A model generated the notes under the pieces. It was not told where the DNA came from and made no database searches. It worked only from the letters and a program-made list of their open reading frames with translations. A stretch of DNA of 32,000 nucleotides from Candidatus Saccharimonadota bacterium (GTDB lineage Bacteria; Bacteroidota; Bacteroidia; Cytophagales; Amoebophilaceae), in assembly GCF_964030745.1 (NCBI RefSeq), contig NZ_OZ034918.1, forward strand, positions 60,001 through 92,000. The letters run 5' to 3'. Below, piece by piece: positions 8,543 through 17,623 of the stretch (the stretch's first letter is position 1; the number at the start of each line of letters is the position of its first letter). The position numbers and the translations under genes were made by a program.

Positions 8543-10210
8543 TTATTTTTTTAGATCTTTTACTTGTATTTCATACGCCCAGTCGTCTATCATTCTGGTT
8601 TCCTCATTGAAGTTAATGCCTAGTAGTATAATGGCTTTTTGTCTAAGTAAGTAAGGCTTATAATACCCGTTTGCTTTGATTTGGTCTAAGGCTATTTTGC
8701 CGCTGGATTTGTACTTTATTTCTATAATGTAAATGGCTGTTTCTAATTCTAAAACGATATCTGATCTGCCTTGACTGGAAGCAGATTCACTATACATTTG
8801 CATTCTCCTACCTCCTAGAAATCCCAACCCTTGCAGTAGCATATGTAAATTGCTGTGGTACTGCTTTTCTTGTTTCGTATCTAAGTAATAAGGAAGGGTT
8901 GAAAATACCGTATTGATGTGATCTATAAAGGTTTCAACTTTTTTATCAGATAATGCTTGTCTGATGGTATCGCGCTCGTGTATAAAGTAATCTTTTACGC
9001 TTTTTTCCAGACTAGACTGTATACTTTTCTGAAAAGACGCTTCTATTTCTTTATTGGGAAATTTTAATCTATATAGACCACTAGGTTCATCATAATGGTC
9101 AATGGTGAGATAGCCGGTTTGAAACATTAGAGACTTTAAACTAATCTCATTTCTACTTTCTGTATACATTAAGTCTTCTCTGACGGCCTCTATTTGGAGG
9201 TTGCCCATGTTAATATCAAACCTATCAGGATCTGCTAGCATTTGGTTAATGAGTAAGCTTGGACTACCTGACTCGTACCAGTAGTTGGCTAGTTCGCCAG
9301 AGTCTAAAAATCGTAGTGTAGACCATGGATTATACACACTTAGGCCATTCTGATGGAATCTATATCCATTGTAATAAGCCGCAATACGCTGCATTACTTC
9401 TGATTCAGTTATTTTTTTATTTTCTTTTTTGCTCCATTGCTCAGCAATATCTTCTAATTTTTTTGAGAATATAGTTAGGATTTCTTGTTGCGTATAACCA
9501 AACATGGCATCAGCAGATGCATCAATGGTAATATCTTTCAAATGATTAGCGCCTGAAAACACATCAGATAAACTAAATTTGCTTACCCCAGTGATAAAAG
9601 TAAATTGAAAATGTTTGTTGAGGGATTTCAAAGTCATAAAGAAATCTTTCATGACCTTGATGTTAGCTTTCTCTAGATCTGAGCCTTTTGTTAGATGAAC
9701 AATAGGTGCATCGTATTCATCTATAAGGACTACTATTCTAGGTTCATAAACAGATTGTATATTTTCCTTGTTGTCTATAGTATCTTCTAGATGTATCAGT
9801 TGTAACACTAGACTACGCAGTGCATCTTTAACAGTAACATCTTCTATTTTTACTTTATACGAAAAGGCTATTTCTTTTAATACCATTTTAATAGATGCGC
9901 TTAGCTCTTCGGGTGTGTTATTCGATACCCCTGAAAAGTCCAAATTAATCACCGGATATTTCTTCCAGTCATATCCATTTTCCGGTTTACCTATATGGTA
10001 ATCTTTAAAAACTTCTTGCTCGTCATTGCATATGGTAGCCAGTGTATCGATAAATAGAGACTTTCCAAATCGCCTAGGTCTAGCTATAAAGATAGGATTT
10101 CTTTTTTCAATCAATTCTTGTGCATATCTTGTTTTATCTACATAATAGCCTGTTTCAATGACTGATTTAACATCTGAATAGCCAATAGGCAGTGCATTTA
10201 TTTTACGCAT
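8543..10210 (-). CDS. AAA-ATPase_like (DUF1703-type) protein with a C-terminal PD-(D/E)XK (PDDEXK_9-type) nuclease domain
   Basis: The N-terminus LPIGYSDVKSVIETGYYVDKTRY...IFIARPRRFGKSLFIDTL is the characteristic start of the Bacteroidota predicted AAA-ATPase family. The C-terminus GRSDIVLELETAIYIIEIKY shows a D...E-x-K nuclease motif. The ATG lies 4 nt after the stop of the upstream gene. Confidence 0.8.
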   Translation of the reverse strand: MRKINALPIGYSDVKSVIETGYYVDKTRYAQELIEKRNPIFIARPRRFGKSLFIDTLATICNDEQEVFKDYHIGKPENGYDWKKYPVINLDFSGVSNNTPEELSASIKMVLKEIAFSYKVKIEDVTVKDALRSLVLQLIHLEDTIDNKENIQSVYEPRIVVLIDEYDAPIVHLTKGSDLEKANIKVMKDFFMTLKSLNKHFQFTFITGVSKFSLSDVFSGANHLKDITIDASADAMFGYTQQEILTIFSKKLEDIAEQWSKKENKKITESEVMQRIAAYYNGYRFHQNGLSVYNPWSTLRFLDSGELANYWYESGSPSLLINQMLADPDRFDINMGNLQIEAVREDLMYTESRNEISLKSLMFQTGYLTIDHYDEPSGLYRLKFPNKEIEASFQKSIQSSLEKSVKDYFIHERDTIRQALSDKKVETFIDHINTVFSTLPYYLDTKQEKQYHSNLHMLLQGLGFLGGRRMQMYSESASSQGRSDIVLELETAIYIIEIKYKSSGKIALDQIKANGYYKPYLLRQKAIILLGINFNEETRMIDDWAYEIQVKDLKK

Positions 10211-10214
10211 GATT

Positions 10215-11156
10215 TTATTTTTTTAAAGATCTTTTTCTTTCCCTTTCGTTGATTTCGTATGCTATGATACTTTTCCAAGCAAGCCTGTCTTGCTCAGCTG
10301 CGATAGAGAGCTGGCTGGTTTTAGTTAAAGTAGAGGCCTTGTGTCGTAATTTAACAGCTTTTTCTTTAAGTTTTGTAGATACAATGATATTGTTTTGTAA
10401 CAAGTTGTAAGCTGCTAGCCGCTCATTGACCTTAAGCCCCGCTGCATCATCATCTAATAGCTGTTGAATCTCTTTATTACTAGCTAGCAATTCATCGGCT
10501 TCTCTTTGGTAAGCGTCGGCTAGGAGTAACTGTTTGGTATGACTGTATTCCCCGACCGTACGATCATATTGAATCGACTTTTCAATGTCCTTATTGAGTT
10601 TTCGCAAATCAGTATATTTTCCATTTGCTGCTTTGATACCCACTAATTTACCCGTATTTTTCAGAAATCTATTCACTGAATGAATGGTTTGTTTTTCCCT
10701 TGCAGAACTATATTTCATGTTTTTTTTAAGCTTACTGGTATATTTGGTTTCCGGTATATACCTAGATGGGTTTAAGCTGATACCGAGTACATCTTCTGTT
10801 TGGCCTAAGATCATTTTTTTAAAGCTCATATTTTTGAGTTTTTTACCTAGGTTAATGGCATCTCTGACCGTCCTATTCGCTTTTTCTATGGCTCGTTTGG
10901 TTTCCATAGCTGTCCTGGCACTATCTCTGATTTTATCAAAAGTACTTTTTTCTGTTTGGGCAATCGTTTTTAGAAGATCTACCTGTTTGTCTTGCTTACC
11001 AAATAGTTTTTTGACCGTACTACCAAATGGTATATAATCTAACGCACTGTTAACCACATCTTTGAGGGTTTCTCCAGCCTTATCCCACTTATCTCCTGCA
11101 TAAGCTACAGTAGCGGTTGATAGAAACAGTAGCCATAAATATCTTTTATAACTCAT
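10215..11156 (-). CDS. hypothetical secreted coiled-coil protein in the tra-remnant operon
   Basis: 313-aa ORF with signal peptide MSYKRYLWLLFLSTATVAYAG. The rest is Lys/Glu-rich and helical. It is tightly packed between a small upstream ORF (stop abuts its ATG) and the AAA-ATPase_like gene. Confidence 0.65.
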   Translation of the reverse strand: MSYKRYLWLLFLSTATVAYAGDKWDKAGETLKDVVNSALDYIPFGSTVKKLFGKQDKQVDLLKTIAQTEKSTFDKIRDSARTAMETKRAIEKANRTVRDAINLGKKLKNMSFKKMILGQTEDVLGISLNPSRYIPETKYTSKLKKNMKYSSAREKQTIHSVNRFLKNTGKLVGIKAANGKYTDLRKLNKDIEKSIQYDRTVGEYSHTKQLLLADAYQREADELLASNKEIQQLLDDDAAGLKVNERLAAYNLLQNNIIVSTKLKEKAVKLRHKASTLTKTSQLSIAAEQDRLAWKSIIAYEINERERKRSLKK

Positions 11157-11306
11157 CTATTTTTTGATTGTTTTTCCTGCACAGACATATACCTCTCTAC
11201 CTTTATGCAGTTTAAAGGACTTAGTTTTGGTTATGTCTTTCATAAACTGGGTGGCCATTTTACTTATCTCACTGGCTAAGCCCGAGTCGGCTTGATCGGT
11301 GATCAT
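11157..11306 (-). CDS. possible small ORF (49 aa from the first ATG) between the TraN-like gene and the 313-aa gene
   Basis: The minus-strand frame reads MITDQADSGLASEISKMATQFMKDITKTKSFKLHKGREVYVCAGKTIKK. Its TAG (11157-11159) directly abuts the ATG of the next gene (11154-11156). It falls below the ORF-track size cutoff and I recognise no family. Confidence 0.2.
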   Translation of the reverse strand: MITDQADSGLASEISKMATQFMKDITKTKSFKLHKGREVYVCAGKTIKK

Positions 11307-11344
11307 ATCCAATACTTTATGACTGCTGTTTTCAATAATGGGGT

Positions 11345-12020
11345 TTACGCCTTCACAAAAGAGACCAGGTAAGAAAGACGCGCAGGTATAGATAAGTTTA
11401 CCAAGCGACTACCAGATTGTTCAATAAAACCTACTAAGAGTTTTCCATTAATAGATGTGGTATAGCGTGGTAAGACGTATACAAACATTTTACTGCTATA
11501 AGCGGGTATCACTCGATCTTCTAAGCCATATATAGGAAAGACGAGTTTTCTACTTTTTTTACTGTTGTAGTGCTGGAAGTTTGTTTCAAAGAGTTCAAAG
11601 GTTAGACCTGTTTTATTTTCCAAGTATATTTTTAGGTAGGTATGCTCCTCATCATGAAATAGATTGGTAAGGATAAGGTCATAATACCTAGTATGCTTCC
11701 CTACATTAAAATAGACCTGATCCATTGATCGAATGTGTTGTATTTTTTGTACTACCTGATGGTCTAATGTAGGTTTTAAGCTAGCCTCCTCTCCTCCTTT
11801 GGTTGTAAAATCATAGACTTCTTGTGGTTTATGGGTAGATCGCAATAGACCGTTAAAGACCTTATGCCCCTTTTTAAAAGTAACCACTATAGAGGTAGGG
11901 GCTGTACATCGATGAAAATCGATGCGCAACTTGTATCTGCTCTAAAGGGCTATAATGGGTTATTTTTTCTGCTGCTTGAACTGTACAATAAAAAAAACAA
12001 CAGATCATTAGGCTACGCAT
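11345..12020 (-). pseudogene. conjugative-transposon TraN-like (DUF4138-type) gene, apparently frameshifted near its 5' end
   Basis: The C-terminal two thirds (VGKHTRYYDLILTNLFHDEEHTYLKIYLENKTGLTFELFETNF ... FVYVLPRYTTSINGKLLVGFIEQSGSRLVNLSI) follow the Bacteroides TraN pattern as I recall it (LxGIYxHxGxLYF...IxNxSxxxFDVD...FxLxKFT...LxVxLxExxGGRxLxLxI). The signal peptide (MRSLMICCFFYCTVQAAEK...QIQVAHR, ATG at 12020) sits in a different frame from the body. The frame switch lies around 11925-11935, in a short T/A run. Confidence 0.5.
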
Positions 12021-12310
12021 TATTTTGGACATAGGCATCTTTATTTTTAGGGTCAACAAAAGTAAAATCAGTAATCAGCAAGCCGTAAGGGTTTTCTTTG
12101 CTTCTGTGCGTTGTTTTTAGTTTAAAATAGACCCCTCCGGGTAGTTCTTTATGATCTAGTCCACTAAGCTTTTTGCCTTCTAACCCCAAGAACCGCAAAG
12201 TAGTCGTGTAAAAGGCTACTACTTCATAAGGGTAGTCCATTAGATTGGTCTCTATCTGTTCAACAGACAAGATGGATACACCGTTATAGGTTTTATATAC
12301 CTGAAATACT
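12013..12310 (-). pseudogene. 3' fragment of an unknown gene, 5'-truncated by IS481 copy 2
   Basis: The minus-strand frame is open from the IS boundary (12310) without a stop: VFQVYKTYNGVSILSVEQIETNL...VQNNA. Its TAG overlaps the TraN-like ATG (ATGCGTAG), which implies former translational coupling. I recognise no family. Confidence 0.5.
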
Positions 12311-12374
12311 TGTAGTAGTTGATATTTAATCTGACATTTATTAATTTGTGTTGATATAAATACCGACTACTATT

Positions 12375-13421
12375 ATGAATTTACATCAAAAAATCATCAA
12401 GCCGAAAGTAGGCTTATTGGAGCTAGCAAAAACGTTGGGGAACATTTCATCGGCGTGTAAAACTATGGGTTATAGTAGAGATAGCTATTATCGCTTCAAA
12501 GCCTTGTATGAAACAGGCGGTCAAGAGGCTTTACAAGAGATAAGCCGTAGGAAGCCGATTATGGCTAATAGAGTAGATCCTAGTATAGAAAAAGCAGTAG
12601 TAGATATGGCGATAGATTATCCAGCCTATGGCCAGCTTAGAGTATCTAATGAACTAAAGCAACAAGGTATCCTGGTCTCTCCTGGCGGTGTCAGGTCTAT
12701 CTGGTTACGTAATGACTTAAATAATATAAAAAAACGTCTTAAAGCCTTAGAAGCTAAAATGGCTCAAGATGGCCTTGTTTTAACGGAATCTCAGCTATCC
12801 GCATTAGAAAAACGTAAGCATGAACAAGAAGCATGTGGAGAAATAGATACAGAACACCCTGGTTATTTAGGCTGTCAAGATACTTATTACGTTGGTAACT
12901 TTAAAGGGATAGGTAAGGTTTATACGCAAGTATTTATAGATAGTTATTCTCGGGTAGCTCATGCAAAACTCTATACTGATAAGACAGCCTTGACAGCTGC
13001 TGATATGTTAAATGATAGAGTATTGCCTTGGTATCAAGAACAAAGCATACCCCTCTTGCGCATTCTAACAGATCGTGGTACTGAGTATAAAGGTAAAATA
13101 GAGCATCATGCCTTTGAGTTGTTTTTAAGCATAGAAGGCATAGAACATACTGTTACTAAAGCCTATTCACCGCAAACCAACGGGTTCTGTGAGCGGTTTA
13201 ATAAAACGATGAAACAGGAATTCTTTGATACAGCTATGCGTAAGAAGATCTATACAGACCTGGATGTCTTGAAACAAGATTTAGATAGCTGGTTACATTA
13301 TTATAATCATGAGCGACCACATTCTGGAAAGTACTGTTACGGTAAAACGCCTATACAAACTTGGGAAGATAGTAAAAAACTAGCCGAGGCCGTTGCAATA
13401 GACCTTTACGATTTGCCATAA
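12375..13421 (+). pseudogene. IS481-family transposase truncated by the IS5 insertion
   Basis: The protein is identical to the copy 1 transposase through ...[10 protein letters not shown], then reads into IS5 sequence ([11 protein letters not shown], stop). The remaining codons ([25 protein letters not shown]) lie at 14696-14773. Confidence 0.9.
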
Positions 13422-14690
13422 AAAGTATCTTTTTATTTTTTAGAAGAAGGTAAAAAAAGGTTAAATTCTATTGATTTTTTTAGGTATTGATGCTTAAAAC
13501 TTTTAATAATATTGTGTATGTCGCTCAAGCAAACTAAGCAATTAAGTTTTTCAGATATTTCCGCCAATAAGCGTAAGTGCAAACACACTTTCTTTGATCA
13601 AATCAACAAGCTAGTTAATTGGTCAGTAGTAGAAAAAGCACTCCGATTACATTATCCTAAAGGTTTACGTTTATCAGGCAAACCGGCCTATAGTCCTCTG
13701 CTTCTATTCAAAATGCTATTGCTACAGACGTGGTATGGCTTGAGCGACTATGCAGTCGAAGAAGAAGTGAATGATCGTATCACTTTTAGCAGATTTTGTG
13801 GTATTTCGATGGATAGTTCTGTTCCAGATCATAGTGTACTAAGTAGATTTAGAACTACCCTTACAGAGAAGAATGCTTTAGAAAAGTTATTGCATATCAT
13901 TAATAATCAGCTATCTGATCATGGTGTATTGGTTCAAAACGGTTCAGCAGCTGTAGATGCTTCTATTACCCCTACCCCTAGACGCCCTAAAGGTAAAAAA
14001 AGCTACGATCTGCATGAAGATGGAACCATAACCACAGCTGAAAGTTATCAAAAAGGAGTAGATCCAGAAGCAAGTTGGATAAAAAAAGGCCATCATCTCT
14101 ACTATGGCTATAAGCGGCATGTTCTTGTGGAAAGCAAAGAGGGGTTGGTGCTAGCCGTAGGTACCACAAAAGCATCTAGTCATGATAGTGGGCATTTACA
14201 GGTATTATTGGATAAAGTAAGGCTAAAATCAGGCAGCAGACTCTATGCAGATAAAGGCTATAGCGGGTCGCCCAACGAAAATTTACTAAAGAAAAAGAAG
14301 TTAAAATCAGCTATTCAGAAAAAAGGGGCTAGAAACAATCCTTTATCACCCACTGCTAAACGGTTTAATAAATTAGTATCTAAAACGCGCTATAAAGTAG
14401 AACGGGTATTTGGAAGTATTAAAAGTTGGTTCCGTAGCTCAGGAGCCAGATATATAGGCCTTGCTAAAACCCATACGCAACATGTTATGGAGGCAATAGC
14501 CTATAACTTATATAGGTCCCCAAACATCATATTAAGAGGTATCTAGGGGAATGGTGTGTCCAAAATAGATTGAAAATGACTAAAAAATCAGTAAATAAAT
14601 AGTTTTATACCACTATAACATCAAATATGGCAAGGAAATAACCCTGGAAGATTAATCAAAATTATACCTTCAACCTATCACAACGGCCTC
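13386..14690 (+). mobile_element. IS5-family insertion sequence (about 1305 bp) nested inside IS481 copy 2
   Basis: Termini gaggccgttgcaatag (13386-) and ctatcacaacggcctc (-14690) are imperfect inverted repeats. tagcc is duplicated at 13381-13385 and 14691-14695. Comparison with the uninterrupted copy 1 (tagcc at 8009-8013) defines the insertion exactly: 1310 bp including the duplication. Confidence 0.9.
13518..14546 (+). CDS. IS5-family DDE transposase
   Basis: The N-terminal DUF772-like region (GKPAYSPLLLFKMLLLQTWYGLSDYAVEEEVNDRITFSRFCGI...VPDHSVLSRFR) is followed by a DDE_Tnp_1-like region (VDASIT ... YADKGYSG ... RYKVERVFGSIKSWF...ARYIGLAK...AIAYNL). The ATG at 13518 is preferred over the TTG at 13512. 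Confidence 0.9.
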   Translation: MSLKQTKQLSFSDISANKRKCKHTFFDQINKLVNWSVVEKALRLHYPKGLRLSGKPAYSPLLLFKMLLLQTWYGLSDYAVEEEVNDRITFSRFCGISMDSSVPDHSVLSRFRTTLTEKNALEKLLHIINNQLSDHGVLVQNGSAAVDASITPTPRRPKGKKSYDLHEDGTITTAESYQKGVDPEASWIKKGHHLYYGYKRHVLVESKEGLVLAVGTTKASSHDSGHLQVLLDKVRLKSGSRLYADKGYSGSPNENLLKKKKLKSAIQKKGARNNPLSPTAKRFNKLVSKTRYKVERVFGSIKSWFRSSGARYIGLAKTHTQHVMEAIAYNLYRSPNIILRGI

Positions 14691-14798
14691 TAGCCTTTGA
14701 AAAAAATAATCAAATCGCGTATCTTAAGAGCATACCTGACAAACTAAACTTAACTGACATCTATACAGTCTAATTTTTACTGCCTGTCAGATTAAATA

Positions 14799-15179
14799 TC
14801 AACTACTACACATAATATCTTCCAAAGGGTAGCCCTTGAGAAGCATAGCCTTAGCTATCTCTAGCTTCCCTTTCTCTTCCCCTATACGGATACCCTCTTG
14901 TCTTCCTATTTTTTCACCCTCTAGCTTGCCCTCTAGCTTTCCTGCTAGTCGCGCTTTCTTTTCAGCTTTCTCTATTGTATTGGCTTCTATTCTTAGCCAT
15001 TTCAAGTGATCTTCATAAGCCATTCTTTCTTCATCGGTAAAGTTCATCGTCTCTAAAACATGCAATGCCTTTTTTAGGCTGTCGTTATCCAAGGGTTGAG
15101 GTAAGTTATCTTTGTTGAGGAGATCGTTGCGGGTAAGAAAAGCAGTCCAAATGTCTAGTGCGTTTTTTATCTTTGTCAA
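14799..15179 (-). pseudogene. C-terminal fragment of an Rpn-family / PD-(D/E)XK_2 putative transposase-nuclease
   Basis: The ORF contains only the C-terminal helical part typical of this family (DIWTAFL..., FTDEERMAYEDHLKWLRIEANTIE, then the EGxKxGxxEGxxxG repeat and IAKAMLLKGYPLEDI). The N-terminal nuclease domain is absent. The last residues and the stop (MCSS, stop) are read from the IS481 terminal repeat, so the 3' end is cut by the IS. It has a TTG start only, and stops lie immediately upstream. Confidence 0.6.
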
Positions 15180-15252
15180 TATAGAAATGCAACCATTTAA
15201 GTGCCTTATTCATAATAGTTGTTGTTATTTATAGCCAAGACAATTTAACAAT

Positions 15253-15278
15253 TGTCAGATTAAATATCAACTACTACA
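15253..15278. repeat. solo IS481 right terminal inverted repeat
   Basis: tgtcagattaaatatcaactactaca is identical to the 26-bp right ends at 8103-8128 and 14785-14810. The preceding bases (caatttaacaat) differ from IS481 interior sequence, so only the terminal repeat survives. Confidence 0.85.
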
Positions 15279-15287
15279 CTAAATAGC

Positions 15288-17363
15288 TTAACAGATCCCC
15301 TCACAAACCTGTAGTGCCTGGTTTGCTGCCTGCACCAATTCTTCTACGATTTTAGCATTCAAATATTTTTTCCCAAGTTCAACATCTATCGTAAGGGTTT
15401 CTTGGGCCATATATTTCACCTCTTCCAGGTAGATATAATCTTTGGCATGACGTAAATCATAAAGCCTTTCAGCAAATTTAATGCAAAGTATAAAAAGCTG
15501 TTCTCGGTTGATGATGCGTTTAAGGCGATTACCAACATAAAGCCCACATGGCTCCATCTCTTCACGTTTATTCACTGCGACAATGCTTTCTACAAAAGAA
15601 TAAACATCCACGCTATAATTGGCTTTCACATAAGCAAGCGGTAAACCTGCATAACGCACCAAACCATACAACACACTGAAATAAACTGGCCTTGGTTGGT
15701 AAGGTACCCATTCTGCTACCAGCTGGGCAATACCTAACGCACGGATATAAAACAATTGTCCTGATGCATGCCGCCTAAAACCATAACAACGCCTGATCAG
15801 CAAGAAAAGCTCATCCAATACAATCGTGCGCATATCAGCCGTTGTACAAAGATTGTGATAGGCCTGCGTTAATGTTACCATAGACTCCTTAAACTCCCTA
15901 TAGGCAATAGCAGGATCTGAGGGTAGTATCCTGGAAATCATTTCATCCCGTACAGCCGCTACATTACAAGGCACCACAATAAGCATAGGCCTCTTATGAG
16001 AGGTTGGGAATTGTACATAACCATAGTGGATACGGACAATTCGTTCTATATTTCGTTTTTCTACATTTGTCCACTCTGATGCTTGCTGCGACATATTGTG
16101 CCAATTCAACGCACTACCTACTGTAACATCTTGATAAACAGACTTAACCGTAGGTAATAACGATTCAGACATAGCAGCATGGCTAATCAGCAGTGCTATA
16201 GCAGGAAAACAGACATCTGTAGTAGTGCTTCCTTTAGCAGAGGCCCGTGCACTATACCTTAGAGAGGTAATATGTAATCGAATACGTACAAAGCCATCTT
16301 TTGAACCATCTAGGCTGGCCATACTTAAAATAATAGGAGTCAGCAAGGCAATCATCTGATTCACATCACATATAATCTTCTCGGGAAACTGATCGCCCTT
16401 AGGCTCTATAAACAACTTGGGAACAGAACGCCCCTTATTTTCCAAGTCTAATGCAGCTTCTACCTTTCGAATCAGCTCATCAAGGTGCACTTCAGTTGGT
16501 ATTAAAATAATATGGTTCCTAGACCTAGCCCGTTGCTTTAGAAAAATGTCCCAAATCACAAAATTTTTAGTAATAAGATCTAAATCTTCCTTATAAAGCG
16601 GTCTAGTATCTACATAGGAGATAAATTTTGTAACCTCTTTCATGATTTGATCTATAAAAGCATGTGCTTCCTGCGGATTATTGCGAATCGTTCCCAGATC
16701 CGAGTATAGTCCAGCCCCTGCTTGCCTTTGCTCCTGCTCTTTTGTTTGTTGTTCTTGTATTTTATTGCTTAAATAATGGCCATAATATTTATAACCAGCT
16801 AGTTTACGCTTGTTATAAACAATAATAAAAAAAATCATTAGGCCTAATCCCAGCAGAGAGATTAACAAGCCAGCTGATGCCAACAGTTCTGCTGTATCGA
16901 TGTTATAGATTGCGTAAGAAATTGCTAATAATGTCAAGGCTACCAACTTTATGCTTATGTATAAGGGTAATACGGATAAGGTTACAGATAAATGGGCTAC
17001 AGATAAAGCCAATGTAAAAGCAGATGGAAGATGCACTACACCTGACCAATTCCAAAGTAGATGGATAGGCAGACAAAAAACCACACTTATCAACCAACGT
17101 CGACCAATCTTCCAAGATGGAGTTGCCTTCTTAGAATCTATTGCATAACCTATGAGCGAAATAGCCGTAATAAATTGCAGTAAGTACCAATAGACAAAAC
17201 CTTCGCTTGCATAATCTAATATAGTAGTGGATATAACGTAACACCCTACAAATCCCATAATAGCATCGCTTGACTTAAGCTTAGCCAATCTTTCTTTTGT
17301 AGAGGAAGACTTTAGCAGCAACAATATTAATATTATTGCAAAAGGTAGCATACTAAACGACAT
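15288..17363 (-). CDS. multi-pass membrane protein with a degenerate histidine-kinase-like module and a degenerate RelA/SpoT-type HD module (paralog 1)
   Basis: 691-aa ORF with an ATG at 17361-17363. The N-terminal roughly 190 aa are hydrophobic, with several predicted TM helices. The middle has an H-box-like FISYVDTRPL and a HATPase-like layout (EVHLDELIRKVEAAL ... IICDVNQMIALLTPIILSMA ... IERIVRIHYGYVQFP ... LIVVPC). The C-terminus aligns with the SpoT hydrolase domain (RRHASGQLFYIRALGIAQLVAEW / VLYGLVRY / ILCIKFAERLYDLRHAK / MAQETLTIDVELGKKY). Confidence 0.85.
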   Translation of the reverse strand: MSFSMLPFAIILILLLLKSSSTKERLAKLKSSDAIMGFVGCYVISTTILDYASEGFVYWYLLQFITAISLIGYAIDSKKATPSWKIGRRWLISVVFCLPIHLLWNWSGVVHLPSAFTLALSVAHLSVTLSVLPLYISIKLVALTLLAISYAIYNIDTAELLASAGLLISLLGLGLMIFFIIVYNKRKLAGYKYYGHYLSNKIQEQQTKEQEQRQAGAGLYSDLGTIRNNPQEAHAFIDQIMKEVTKFISYVDTRPLYKEDLDLITKNFVIWDIFLKQRARSRNHIILIPTEVHLDELIRKVEAALDLENKGRSVPKLFIEPKGDQFPEKIICDVNQMIALLTPIILSMASLDGSKDGFVRIRLHITSLRYSARASAKGSTTTDVCFPAIALLISHAAMSESLLPTVKSVYQDVTVGSALNWHNMSQQASEWTNVEKRNIERIVRIHYGYVQFPTSHKRPMLIVVPCNVAAVRDEMISRILPSDPAIAYREFKESMVTLTQAYHNLCTTADMRTIVLDELFLLIRRCYGFRRHASGQLFYIRALGIAQLVAEWVPYQPRPVYFSVLYGLVRYAGLPLAYVKANYSVDVYSFVESIVAVNKREEMEPCGLYVGNRLKRIINREQLFILCIKFAERLYDLRHAKDYIYLEEVKYMAQETLTIDVELGKKYLNAKIVEELVQAANQALQVCEGIC

Positions 17364-17594
17364 TATAACACTTTAAGTTAAAACATAATCAGTAACTAAA
17401 AAATGATCAGAAGAACAAACAGAAGCTTAAATGGTCAATAAGCCACTCCAAGTTACAACACCAAGCCCCAAGTATAGGATATTATATGCTCCAACTCAAC
17501 TTTTTTGAATAAAATCCCATCTACTCCAATATAATAAAATAAAAGTTGAGCCATAAAAAACAGGAGGTTACTTACTTTTTTCCAATTAAATTAT

Positions 17595-17602
17595 TAGATT
17601 TG
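17595..17602 (+). promoter_or_regulatory. candidate Bacteroidota -7 promoter box (TAnnTTTG) upstream of tRNA-Gln
   Basis: tagatttg matches TAnnTTTG exactly and ends 22 nt before the tRNA 5' end. No clean TTG -33 element was found upstream. Confidence 0.3.
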
Positions 17603-17623
17603 TAATTACATACAGTTAATTAC

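Larger units (their letters stand above)
12311..14810 (+). mobile_element. IS481-family insertion sequence, copy 2, disrupted by a nested IS5-family element; no flanking target duplication
   Basis: It has the same 26-bp terminal repeats as copy 1 (12311-12336 and 14785-14810). The sequence is collinear with copy 1 at an offset of 5372 up to 13385 and an offset of 6682 from 14696 onward. The flanks aaatact (left) and cataata (right) do not match. Confidence 0.9.

Noticed and set aside
14905-14950. Tandem nucleotide repeat encoding GKLEGKLEG in the Rpn-family fragment
   Set aside because: It is a short in-frame duplication inside the family's normal charged C-terminal repeat region (EGxKxG units). 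It is not an independent feature.
17495-17550. 10-bp inverted repeat ctcaactttt ... aaaagttgag in the spacer upstream of tRNA-Gln
   Set aside because: The stem is A/T-rich with a loop of about 36 nt, has no flanking U-tract, and is not repeated elsewhere in the window. It is too weak to call a terminator or operator.
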